DNA of 64,000 bases from the IMG/VR virus record IMGVR_UViG_3300027921_000016, positions 33,849 to 97,848 of that record; one strand, given 5' to 3'. This DNA comes from a virus. Positions 29,693 through 39,300 of the stretch are shown piece after piece (position 1 is the stretch's first letter; the number at the start of each line of letters is the position of its first letter). The notes below the pieces were generated by a model. It was not told the DNA's origin. It did no database searches and saw nothing but the letters and a program-made list of their open reading frames with translations. A program made the position numbers and the translations under genes.

Positions 29693-30901
29693 TTAGGCTT
29701 GGCCGATCACGCGGGATTTCTTGAACCAGACCACCAACAGGTGCTTGGTAGCGGCGCTGGCCGAGTTCTTCCAGCCCCTGGCAGCGGCGGTTAGGGTCGC
29801 GGCGGAAACCGCGAGGGGGGTGCCAGAGCTACTGGTCAGGGTGACGGCAGCGCCATCGGCACCGTCGCTCTTGGCCACGAGGTTCACAACCGCAGCATCC
29901 GCTGAGGCGGTAACCACACTGCCATTATTGGCATTGACCTTGAACGCCAGGATGTACGCCATGGCATTGTTTGCCACCACCGTGCTTGCAGCCGTCAAGA
30001 TTGCCTGAGCTTGTCCCTGGGTCAGGCCTATGGCCATCAACTGAGTCTGAGCAGCGCAGGCACCCCCGACCGTGATGTCCCCCAAGGCCAGAGCCGGGAA
30101 CTGATTTGGTCCGCACACCAGGGTATTGGCAATCGCCGTATACCGAACACCCCCGATAGTCACGAAGTCAGCGGCAACCGCAGCAGCCAAGGTGACAGTG
30201 CCATAGGCCTTGCCAGCAGCGCCACCGGTAATCGTGGCGGCACCGCGCGTCAGGTTGGTACCCGAGGTCATGGCATAACTGCCAACGGCCTCTACATCGC
30301 CGTAGATCGTGACAACCCCAGAGGCCAGGGTAGCCGAGGCCGTGAGCACCAGACCGTCAGCGGCATGGATCGCCTGAGCCAGGGACCATGCAGCGATGTA
30401 CTCTTCCTTGTTGGCGGTAGTCAGCACCGTATCGGCGTCGGCGTTGGTCATGCCAGCGGCGAGCAAGTGTTGCTTGGTCAGGACCGCACCGTTTGCGGCT
30501 TCGCCGGTTTGCAGGCCCGAGTAGAACTGCTGCGGGCCGATGCCACGATTGGACTGAGAGGGGGTAACCGTGACCGCCGTGTAGGTCTTGCCGTTGACAT
30601 TGCAGGTGTTGCCGCCTTCAATGGCGGCACCCACGGTCATGGTGCCGGTAGGCCGGGTGTCCACGATCAACTGGGTTGCGGTCACGTCCGCCAGAACCCC
30701 ACTGGTGTCGTCCTGAGTGAACGCCGCAACCATGGTGTCCACACCGAACAACGGGCCTTTGGAGTCCACATGAGAGGCGTTTGCGGCAGCACCGGCCAAG
30801 AAACTGATGGTCAGTCCTTGCAGCTCGGTGAGAATCTTGGGCAGCTTGTCGTTCAGGAAACCACCACCATGACCCAGACTTTTAACTTGTTCGAGAGGCA
30901 T
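29693..30901 (-). CDS. Virion decoration-type protein with duplicated internal domain
   Basis: Two internal repeats; Ala/Thr/Gly rich; strong RBS. Confidence 0.65.
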   Translation of the reverse strand: MPLEQVKSLGHGGGFLNDKLPKILTELQGLTISFLAGAAANASHVDSKGPLFGVDTMVAAFTQDDTSGVLADVTATQLIVDTRPTGTMTVGAAIEGGNTCNVNGKTYTAVTVTPSQSNRGIGPQQFYSGLQTGEAANGAVLTKQHLLAAGMTNADADTVLTTANKEEYIAAWSLAQAIHAADGLVLTASATLASGVVTIYGDVEAVGSYAMTSGTNLTRGAATITGGAAGKAYGTVTLAAAVAADFVTIGGVRYTAIANTLVCGPNQFPALALGDITVGGACAAQTQLMAIGLTQGQAQAILTAASTVVANNAMAYILAFKVNANNGSVVTASADAAVVNLVAKSDGADGAAVTLTSSSGTPLAVSAATLTAAARGWKNSASAATKHLLVVWFKKSRVIGQA

Positions 30902-30986
30902 TTCAACTCCTAGTTGGCTAATCAGGGGGAACCACTGGTTTAAGCACCTTCACTTTACCTTGGTGAGGGCTACCTAACAACTACTA

Positions 30987-31436
30987 CTACTGGTGAGTGA
31001 GTTGGATGGGGGTACTCCACCTACTCACCCAGAATACCGTGCCGTTACGCACTGACGTTGCGGCTTCGACCACAAACTTCCAGTAGTGCCCGGTGGGGCT
31101 GCGGGTAACCAGCAGTGTTTGCCGTATCTGGTCAAGAAGATTCAACGTAACGGTCTTGGTATCGGCCTTGGACAATACTTCCGGCCGGTTGATCACCGCC
31201 AGGGAGAACACCAACTCACAGGAGATGCCTACCTTGGCCGTGCCCTGCTCAGGCATTGATCGCATGCCCTCGTAGACGATACCAACGGCTGGCAGGGTGA
31301 CACCCTTGATCTTGTCCAGGAGGTCATCCTCACTGAAGACAAACAGAGCCTTGCCATTCAGGTCTGCAATTGATTGCAGACGGGTCAGCAAGTCATGGGC
31401 ACACTCACTGACAGGCTGGTTAGACACTATGGGCAT
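30987..31436 (-). CDS. Tail terminator (Mu gp37-like)
   Basis: LPAVGIVYEG motif; position. Confidence 0.65.
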   Translation of the reverse strand: MPIVSNQPVSECAHDLLTRLQSIADLNGKALFVFSEDDLLDKIKGVTLPAVGIVYEGMRSMPEQGTAKVGISCELVFSLAVINRPEVLSKADTKTVTLNLLDQIRQTLLVTRSPTGHYWKFVVEAATSVRNGTVFWVSRWSTPIQLTHQ

Positions 31437-31860
31437 TCATGGCCTCCATTACTCGGCGTTCGATGATTTCTTGAACCGTCTGTACGTCCTCACCAGAGAA
31501 TCCAAGGAAGGTTCTCCTGGGCATGCCCTCAAGGCCGAGGTTATGCTTGATCCCATAGGGTACGTCCGTCCCTATCCCACGCTCGTTCTCCCCATGCTGA
31601 AACAACTGTATGGAATGAAAGAGCTTTCCGGTGTCGTACAAAGTACCCCCACCCCTACCACTGGCTGCCCTGGACATCGCGGCCTTGGATACCGGCCACT
31701 CCGTCCCATCAGGGTCTATGCCACGGAGAAACCGGTCACGGATATGGTTAAGCAGAACAGCCGAACTCTCATCCAGAAGGTCGCGCGGGGCAAGTTTGGT
31801 GGTCAAGGCCGACAACACGGCCTCGATCCTGGGGATGCCCGATACCTTGATCTCGATCAT
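31420..31860 (-). CDS. Virion morphogenesis / tail completion protein (Mu gpG-like)
   Basis: RF..GIDPDGTEW...LYDTGKL...GTDVPYG..HN.G..MPRRTFLG. Confidence 0.85.
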   Translation of the reverse strand: MIEIKVSGIPRIEAVLSALTTKLAPRDLLDESSAVLLNHIRDRFLRGIDPDGTEWPVSKAAMSRAASGRGGGTLYDTGKLFHSIQLFQHGENERGIGTDVPYGIKHNLGLEGMPRRTFLGFSGEDVQTVQEIIERRVMEAMNAHSV

Positions 31861-32504
31861 CAGGAGGTCACAATCGGGCGGGCGGCGAATCCAGTATTCC
31901 GGTTGTACCGGGCCAGCATGGTCTCCGCGTGTGTGGCCAGTACCTTGTACTGCGAAGTGGCCTCGGCATTGCGGTTAGTGGTCTGGCTGGAGTCGAAAGT
32001 GATAGGGACAAACGCCAGTATAGCCTCGGTAAGCCACTCGGGCAGTACATCCGCAGGTACAACCGGATCGGATAGCAAGTCCCCCGCCTCAAACCCAGTA
32101 TCGCACCGGATACGCACGTATTTTCCCTTGAACTGGGCGGCATCCACGTACAGGAATCCTCGTACACGGTCCCACCGGTAGTACTGGGCATCGGCAGTGG
32201 CCTCTCCTCCCATACCCCAAGAGGTGTCGTCCACGGTTACTACTGGAACAGGGGCGGTACGGACAAACCCACTTGGCAACACCAGCTTGAAGACCCCGCC
32301 CACTTGGATACCTGAGTAGGCCTCGCCATCGAGGTGAAACACACAGTCCCACGACCGCACAGACAGACCGGAATCCAAGATAGACTCAACATGCAACTGT
32401 GCACCAGTTATGGCGCTGGCGATGGCGTCCCGTACCCCGTCAAGGTCTCCATTGATCTGCATCCGAAGTAGCACAGCGTCGATATCAAGGTACAGGTCGC
32501 TCAT
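31860..32504 (-). CDS. Head-tail adaptor
   Basis: Position; CDTGF...LPEWLTEA motif. Confidence 0.65.
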   Translation of the reverse strand: MSDLYLDIDAVLLRMQINGDLDGVRDAIASAITGAQLHVESILDSGLSVRSWDCVFHLDGEAYSGIQVGGVFKLVLPSGFVRTAPVPVVTVDDTSWGMGGEATADAQYYRWDRVRGFLYVDAAQFKGKYVRIRCDTGFEAGDLLSDPVVPADVLPEWLTEAILAFVPITFDSSQTTNRNAEATSQYKVLATHAETMLARYNRNTGFAARPIVTS

Positions 32505-32512
32505 GTCAGTCC

Positions 32513-32890
32513 TCAGATTTCAACGGCTTCCACGTCTTTGAGGATGTCCGCGATCTCTTCATCCGAACCAACGTCGATACGACCCTGACGTTCCTCGGAA
32601 ACAGCGAGAGCCTTCACATCATCGGACACCGCGTTGATAGTGGGTTTTGTTCCGGCGATCTGAGCCTGGGCCTGGACCATCGCCTGGGTCTTGGGCTTGT
32701 ACCTGCGCCAGATGGGGCGCTGGGTCTGCTCGTCGATCTCTTCCAGGAGTATTTCCGCCTGTTCCAAGGTAAACGAGTACGCATTGTCATCCGTGTACAG
32801 ATGGCCACCCCGGTGGTAGCGCTTATACGCCACCAATTCCAGCAGCTCCATCTTCCGCTCCACGGGCTTCGTTTCAGTTTGCAGCGCCAT
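32513..32890 (-). CDS. Hypothetical protein
   Basis: AAGGAG RBS, after capsid gene. Confidence 0.7.
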   Translation of the reverse strand: MALQTETKPVERKMELLELVAYKRYHRGGHLYTDDNAYSFTLEQAEILLEEIDEQTQRPIWRRYKPKTQAMVQAQAQIAGTKPTINAVSDDVKALAVSEERQGRIDVGSDEEIADILKDVEAVEI

Positions 32891-32950
32891 GAATCACTCC
32901 TTGAAGGTTATGGAGTACCCATTGTACGGTCACCTGCAATTGATTGCAAC

Positions 32951-32981
32951 AAAAAAAGGGGCGACCTAAGCCGCCCTTTTT
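32951..32981. terminator. Bidirectional rho-independent terminator after major capsid
   Basis: AAAAAAAGGGGCG-acctaagc-CGCCCTTTTT. Confidence 0.8.
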
Positions 32982-33001
32982 CAAGTTCTACCGCTGGCCG
33001 A

Positions 33002-33955
33002 TTAGCGGCTGCCGATCAGTCCGGTGTACTTGGTGATGGCGTTGATTTCTTCCAGGGCGAAGGCAACCCGCGCCGTGAGCACGATCACGAACACACGAGC
33101 GGAGATGTCCTTGGTGTACTCGATCTGGATGTTCCGCTGGATGCCGAAGATCATGTTCATGGGATCGGTGAACAGACCTTGATCACCTGGCATCAGCGCG
33201 ACCGGGGTCACCCTGGAGCCGAAGGTGAAAATCGGCAGGGTGCCTTCCGCGTGCTTGTCGCCCATGGCGGTCTGGCGACTGGCGTACAGGTCACGAAACT
33301 CGGTCTCGTTGTCCACGGACACGAAGTGCTGGAGGGCCGCACGGTTACGCAGATAGCGCGTGGGCATGGTCTTCAACGCGGCCTTGGAGGCATTCTTGTC
33401 GAAGGCACCGCCGACGTTCACGACGTTTGCGGTGGCCAGCTTCAGATAGCCGTTGGACATCGCCAAGAAGGTGTCGGCAGAACTCGTATCGCCACGGATT
33501 GCCAGCTCTTCCAGGTCCAGGGCCGCACGCTCAGAGATCAGGTCCACGATGGTCTGGTGGATACCACCGGCACCAGTTTGCAGAGGCACGTTGGTGTTAC
33601 CGCCCTCCACGTTGTCCTCGATGACATCGTAGGGAATACGGACCTCGGCGATCACCTCACTGGTATTCAGTGTGACCTGACCCAGATCAGGTTTGCTGCG
33701 GTTGCCGGCAGCCAGGCCGGTACCGACCGGGGCATCAGCAGCGGCGGAGCGCAGAATGCGGGAACCAAAGCCGATCTTGTTGATCTTCATCTGGGGGCTC
33801 TTCATGGCCACGGTACGGCATACCGCGAGCACAGTCGGCTGGTCGATGAGGGTACGAATGAAACGGTCGGTCTGTTCGGGGTTCAGGCGTCCAGCGGTGG
33901 CCAGATCGGCAAGAGCCATGTCGGCTTTCCGGATGATTTCCTGGTTGGTGGGCAT
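33002..33955 (-). CDS. Major capsid protein (HK97 fold)
   Basis: LATAGRLNPEQTDRFI...EDNVEG...ALDLEELAIRGD; AAGGA RBS. Confidence 0.9.
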   Translation of the reverse strand: MPTNQEIIRKADMALADLATAGRLNPEQTDRFIRTLIDQPTVLAVCRTVAMKSPQMKINKIGFGSRILRSAAADAPVGTGLAAGNRSKPDLGQVTLNTSEVIAEVRIPYDVIEDNVEGGNTNVPLQTGAGGIHQTIVDLISERAALDLEELAIRGDTSSADTFLAMSNGYLKLATANVVNVGGAFDKNASKAALKTMPTRYLRNRAALQHFVSVDNETEFRDLYASRQTAMGDKHAEGTLPIFTFGSRVTPVALMPGDQGLFTDPMNMIFGIQRNIQIEYTKDISARVFVIVLTARVAFALEEINAITKYTGLIGSR

Positions 33956-33998
33956 GATGCAGTTCCTTATTGAGAGTTGAGGGTACCCGGTTTGACGA

Positions 33999-35177
33999 TT
34001 AACGCTTGCCGCGCTTGATGAACGCCGTATCGAAACAGCCGGTACGGGGATCGTCAGGCTCTTGCTTCTTGGCGGTGTGGGTCGCTGCCGGGGTATCGGG
34101 GTTGCCCGAGGGTGCCAGCACCAGACTCTTGACCGCCTGAGCAGCAGTCTCGGACTTCCGAGCAGATTCGTCAACCTGAGTTGCCAGACTTTCTTGCGCG
34201 GTAGCCAGAGTATCGACCTTCACAGTCAGGGCGGTAACCATGTCCGTGAGCGGGGCCAGAACCGCCGTGAAGTCAACGGCCGGGGCTTCGGACTTCGTGG
34301 CCTTGGCCTTGGCTTTCTCCTCGGGGGTCAACTTCGCCCAGTCTTCGGGCTTGGTACCTGCGGGGCATTCGTCGCCGTCAGCGTCCTTCTTCTTGGTGTA
34401 CGAAGCCAGTAGCCACTTGATCTTGCCCACGGTAGACATCGCGGACCACTCGGTGCCATCGGAACCCAGGGGGGCAGCCTTCACCAGGGCCTCGATGTCG
34501 AGGAGGGTGTTATTGCCCCCTTTCTGAACCTGGACATCGGCCAGAGCTGCGAGAGCGGCGTCAGCCTTGAATGCCGAAGGGTTGAGGTTGGCAACCAGCG
34601 CCGACATGTAGTTGTTGAACTGCGTCAGGACCTCGGAAACCCCTGCCACGTCCTCGCTCTTGGTAGCCATGGTCATGCCACCAACAACCTTCGAATGCAG
34701 CCCGGCCACCGCATCCTGGATACCGGGAAGGGCTTCCATGTCAGGAGCAAAACCCAGGTTATCCTTGAGCATGGGCATGATCTCGTCGAAGCCCTTGACC
34801 ACTACCAGCATGTTCTCGGACATACGGAACACCTCGGAGGCCTCCAGGGGGTTCTTCTCCTGGGCAAACAGGTAGGTGCCGTCATCGTTCTTGATCACGG
34901 TATCCACGAGGAAGCCTGCTTCAACCAGGGCCTTGGAAGTGGCAGCCAGACCAGCGGCGTCGGTGTCGGGGGTGATCAGTGCCGTGATACGGGGGATGGG
35001 GGTGCTTTCGCCTTTCAGGGCACTGAGCAGGCGGCGTGCAGACAGGTCGATCATGTGGGGCTCCTTATCAGCCTTGGTTACCCGAAAGGGTATGCGAGTG
35101 GCCGCACGATCCACAAGCGAAATATACGAAACAGTTGCGTTCCGCAGTTCTTTCAACTTGATTCTCGTCCGAGCCAT
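33999..35177 (-). CDS. XkdF-type scaffold / protease C-part
   Basis: LRNATVSYISLVDRAA N-terminus; coiled-coil C-terminus; upstream of capsid. Confidence 0.7.
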   Translation of the reverse strand: MARTRIKLKELRNATVSYISLVDRAATRIPFRVTKADKEPHMIDLSARRLLSALKGESTPIPRITALITPDTDAAGLAATSKALVEAGFLVDTVIKNDDGTYLFAQEKNPLEASEVFRMSENMLVVVKGFDEIMPMLKDNLGFAPDMEALPGIQDAVAGLHSKVVGGMTMATKSEDVAGVSEVLTQFNNYMSALVANLNPSAFKADAALAALADVQVQKGGNNTLLDIEALVKAAPLGSDGTEWSAMSTVGKIKWLLASYTKKKDADGDECPAGTKPEDWAKLTPEEKAKAKATKSEAPAVDFTAVLAPLTDMVTALTVKVDTLATAQESLATQVDESARKSETAAQAVKSLVLAPSGNPDTPAATHTAKKQEPDDPRTGCFDTAFIKRGKR

Positions 35178-35245
35178 GGTTACTCCAGTAGTTCAAGAAA
35201 GTGTAATCTCGTAGGTACTACCTAACAACTTGCAATTGATTGCAC

Positions 35246-35839
35246 CTACTCGATTTTCAGTGAGTCAACAGAACTGAAGCGATGGCTGTGGCCTGACGCT
35301 ACTTCCGTGTGAGTACCGGCTTTAATCGCGTGCTGGTGACCCTTGACGCTATCCGTGGTCCCGCCCTTGAACTGCCCATGGGCATCGTAGGAAACAAAAA
35401 ACTCGTGCTCGTGGTCATCGGACTTACTGGTCTTGCCAGTGACAACCGGGGGGATATCGACTTCGAGTTCCTGCTCATGGCGCGATACAAGAGCTTCCAT
35501 GCTGAATCCATTGATTCCTCCCTTTTTCACACGATCCCAGAGGTCACCCTCCGGGAACTGCATGGCGATCACCCAGGAGCCTGGAATAAAATCGGGATCA
35601 CCATCACGGGCGATGAACGACTCGACCACGTGGCAGGGCACGAGCTGGTTGTCGTGCATGACATCCACTTGGTCAATCTTCTTGCTCATCACAAACTCAT
35701 GCGCCATCTTGCGAATCTCGTCCGCACGCATGAACTCCCCCTGTGCATCAGGGCGGTCAGGAGAATACACCTCCCCCAGGACTATCCGTTGGTCCGGGGC
35801 ATCTGCTTTACTAACGATCATCGGCATGATCAACCTCAA
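35246..35839 (-). CDS. XkdF-like prohead serine protease
   Basis: GEVYSPDRPDAQGEF...MH...VESFI...GSW...INGFSME; His-rich C-terminus. Confidence 0.85.
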   Translation of the reverse strand: MRLIMPMIVSKADAPDQRIVLGEVYSPDRPDAQGEFMRADEIRKMAHEFVMSKKIDQVDVMHDNQLVPCHVVESFIARDGDPDFIPGSWVIAMQFPEGDLWDRVKKGGINGFSMEALVSRHEQELEVDIPPVVTGKTSKSDDHEHEFFVSYDAHGQFKGGTTDSVKGHQHAIKAGTHTEVASGHSHRFSSVDSLKIE

Positions 35840-36237
35840 CTTAAGTTTTTGAGCTTGTACGCCGTGGAACCCAGCAAGGCCGAAATCTCATCCAGCATAT
35901 TCTGGAGTTCCGAGTCCTGGGGGGTACTGCCGCGAGCGTTCTTCAGGTACCCGATGCAGGAATCCAAAAAATGCGAGGCCGACTGCACCTGGAATGCAGC
36001 AGGGATGTTCGGGTACTGGGTGATTCGACCGTACACTCCTTGATATGCTTCCACCCAGGGGTCCACCAGATCAGGCAGCCCCTCATAGAGATCGCCCAAA
36101 GCGATATGCTGGGCGTAGCTGGTGGAACTCAGGTGCAGCAGGTGTGCAAACGTCCGGATGTGCATGAGGTTCACTACCACCGCTGCCATGTCCTCTTCGG
36201 ACTGGGTTACGGGCTTGAGTGCTTTTGCGAAGTCCAT
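35836..36237 (-). CDS. Ferritin/Dps-like four-helix protein (DUF5856-like)
   Basis: AHLLHL...SYAQHIALGDLYE...EAYQG...YKL. Confidence 0.7.
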   Translation of the reverse strand: MDFAKALKPVTQSEEDMAAVVVNLMHIRTFAHLLHLSSTSYAQHIALGDLYEGLPDLVDPWVEAYQGVYGRITQYPNIPAAFQVQSASHFLDSCIGYLKNARGSTPQDSELQNMLDEISALLGSTAYKLKNLS

Positions 36238-36364
36238 GATTACTCCTTGCAATTGATTGCAGTAGTTTACGGCAACCAGGTCTAGCTAACAACCGGGGAC
36301 GAGGGTTGTTGGGGTACGGGCACCAGGGGCTTGGTGCTGCCCTTGTACGTGGGGGGTAGTAACC

Positions 36365-39300
36365 TCATGCTTGTCCTCCAATGCGTTTCACCAAGTCCTT
36401 GTCCAGCAGGTCCAGGTAGAAATCTCCTTCATACCCCTGGAGAATCCACTCGCCAACCGTTTTGTTCCGGTAGATGAAGGGCAGGGCCATCAAGTCCGTG
36501 AGTGCATGCTCGTTCTCGTTCGAGAGCAGGTTCATCACCGTTTTCTTCTGGTCATCATCCAGCGCCAGGTACACCTTGTTTAGACTCCCGTCCTGAAAAT
36601 CATCCATGGCCTCCAACCGTAGGGCCTGCCAATCACTGGCTTTGGGTACAAACCCCAGATGCGCGAACTCAACAGCAGCATCCCCGGTGGCAACCACAAT
36701 CGTGGTGGCTCCCAGTGTGTCCTTGGCCTCGACCATCCCATGGAGAACTCGGGTGAAGTACGCTCTGGCAGCTTTCTCCCCGTTCACAGCCGCAAACTGC
36801 GCCTCAGACAGGTAGAGAGTGCCCGTGTACGGGTCTAGGACCTGCCTGATGGTGGCAGCCGGGGTAGACAACGCGAGTACGATGTTCCCGCTCTTGTCGA
36901 ACGTCACCACCCCACCCTTGAGCGCGTCCTCAACGGTAGTGCCAAACAACATCTTGATCACCTTGATCGGGTCTTTCCCGATGTAATCATTCCACTGCTG
37001 AAGATTATCGACCGTGATCTCCGGGGATACCACCGTGAATGCCTGTGCCGGTACCTTTTCCTCCAATACCCCAGCAGGGGCTTTCAGTCTCGGGGCTTTC
37101 ACTCCCAGGTCCTTCTCACCCTCAACAGCAGTGCACAAGGTCCTGCAATTAGACCCCCAGGACACCCTCCCTTCTAACTGAACCAACAACGTGTGTGTGT
37201 GTTCCAACTCCACGTCGTACACTGTGCCTTCATACGGTACTACCTCTACACGAGTCGCGGCTCTTGCTTTGCTGGTAAGCCAAGACACCCTCCACTGATC
37301 GTAGTTTTGCGTGTACACCCCATTACCATGGACTTGTTGAGTTCCGGCACTAGATACTCTCCTAAAAGAGGCGGACCCCCCTGCTCTTATCATCAACTCC
37401 ACCAACCCGTCACGCATACGGACAGAACTGGTAGTAATAGTCCTCTCTTCCGAATGAAACCCAAAGAACTTGGACCCTTTTTCCCTACGAGACCCATCCC
37501 CCAAGATGTACGCATCCAGAAATACACGGATAAGATCAGGGGATAAAGAAAACACCCACTCAGGCACGTACTTACTGTGAGATTTTCCAAAGACGGCACA
37601 AGCCGCCCCCAAAACAGCATCAGACACCGCAAGTTTGTGCCCGGATATATGCTCATGCTTTCTGACCCCAGGACACAGCCTGGATATATCAGAGAACATT
37701 TTGTTGGCGTACTTAGTTTGTGCTATTACCGGGTAACAATACCTGCCATCAGAATGGTATTGCACACTCCCCTCTGATAAGTAATACCCCAAGAATTTCA
37801 ATAGAGGCTTTGTTGGCCACATCCTGCCGGCAAACATAAGGGTAGCAGGTGAGGTTCCCTTATGCCCACTACTGCAATACACCTTAGCCTCCTTACGATT
37901 AGAGGACAAGAACTCACCTACAGTACCAAACACCATTTTACGAGAGCGTCCTCCTTTACCAGAATCAACCCTACGTTCCCACAGCATAGTGTGGTCAGGA
38001 GTTACCATTTGTAACAACGAACCCTGGTTATTTGAAAAACGGAGTACCTCTCCGGAATACTGGTACTCCATCTTTTTAATGGCACTAACCCACTTCAAAG
38101 ACCGATCTTCTGTGTCCAAAGACAAGAACAAATCGGAAGAAATGTCCACGTCACTAAAATCTACAAAACCTCTACGGGTATACACCTGCGTTCCAGCTAC
38201 ATAGCACATCGGATGAAATGGCGGAATCCCCAAGCCAGCAGCCTGCAACTGTGCATCCGACATCTCAGTGTACTTGGCCATGGACTCCCTATCCTGCTTG
38301 GGCCATGGCTGGAGGGTCTTCACGTCCTCCGGGTCTTTGGCGGTCAAGACCTTGGTAACCAACGAACGGGCTGAGGCAACATCAAACTGCCTGCCATTGA
38401 TCATTCGGCAGAAGTCACTGGTACGGCCATCGAGAACGGCTGTCAACTGGTAGCGAGTACGCCCAAGGTGCAGAGATTCAGTAGTGAACCCCCAAGTGCT
38501 CAGGCGGCTGGTGTTCAAACTGGCCGCAATCTGAAGCTCCCCAATCCCAGGGTCAACAAAGGGCTGGAATGGCTGTACAAACCTACCACCAGCATCCGCC
38601 TTCTCCACTACCGAATCTTTCCAGTCAGTATCCAGGGCCTCGAACACTTCACCATAGAACTCCAGAGGGCCTGTGTAGGACTTGATCTTGGTCAAGTCCA
38701 GACCCTCATCCACGTCGTAGGTGATCGTGATATGCGGGTGATAGCCTTGGTAGTCCCAGGAGGCACCGGCTACTCGGAGTTCCTCCCAGGCCTCCTGCAA
38801 TTGATTGCAGTCGAAGTGCAGAACCACCGCACCCTCACTACCGAGAGGCTCAACCGTGCGACTGCCTCCGGCACATACAAGAGGTTCGTGATCCACCCAG
38901 GATTGATCCCAAGCCAGGGACTCCCGGCTATAGGCGATGGTCACATGTAGGTCATCGGCGTTCACGACCTTGGAGAACCCCTGAGACTTTGCCCAGGCAA
39001 TGAACGCCTCTGGGTTCTTCAGCCTTCGACTAACGTAAAGAGGTTGCGGGCCTCCAGAGAGCTGCGAGTTCTTGGCCCCTGCCACCTGGAGATCAGCAGC
39101 CTGTATGTCCTCCTTACGGGAGGGCATGGAGAGGCTGAGGTCGTCCCATCCGAATCTGCCAACCCCAGACACCACTTTGTACGCGGCCTCGGACTTCACA
39201 TGTACAATCTCCGCATCGTAAACAATGCCTTTCACCGGCCTCTTAAACCTAGGCGTGATTACTACTTCTGTTGGGGGTGGTCTCAACCGGATAGTCTGCC

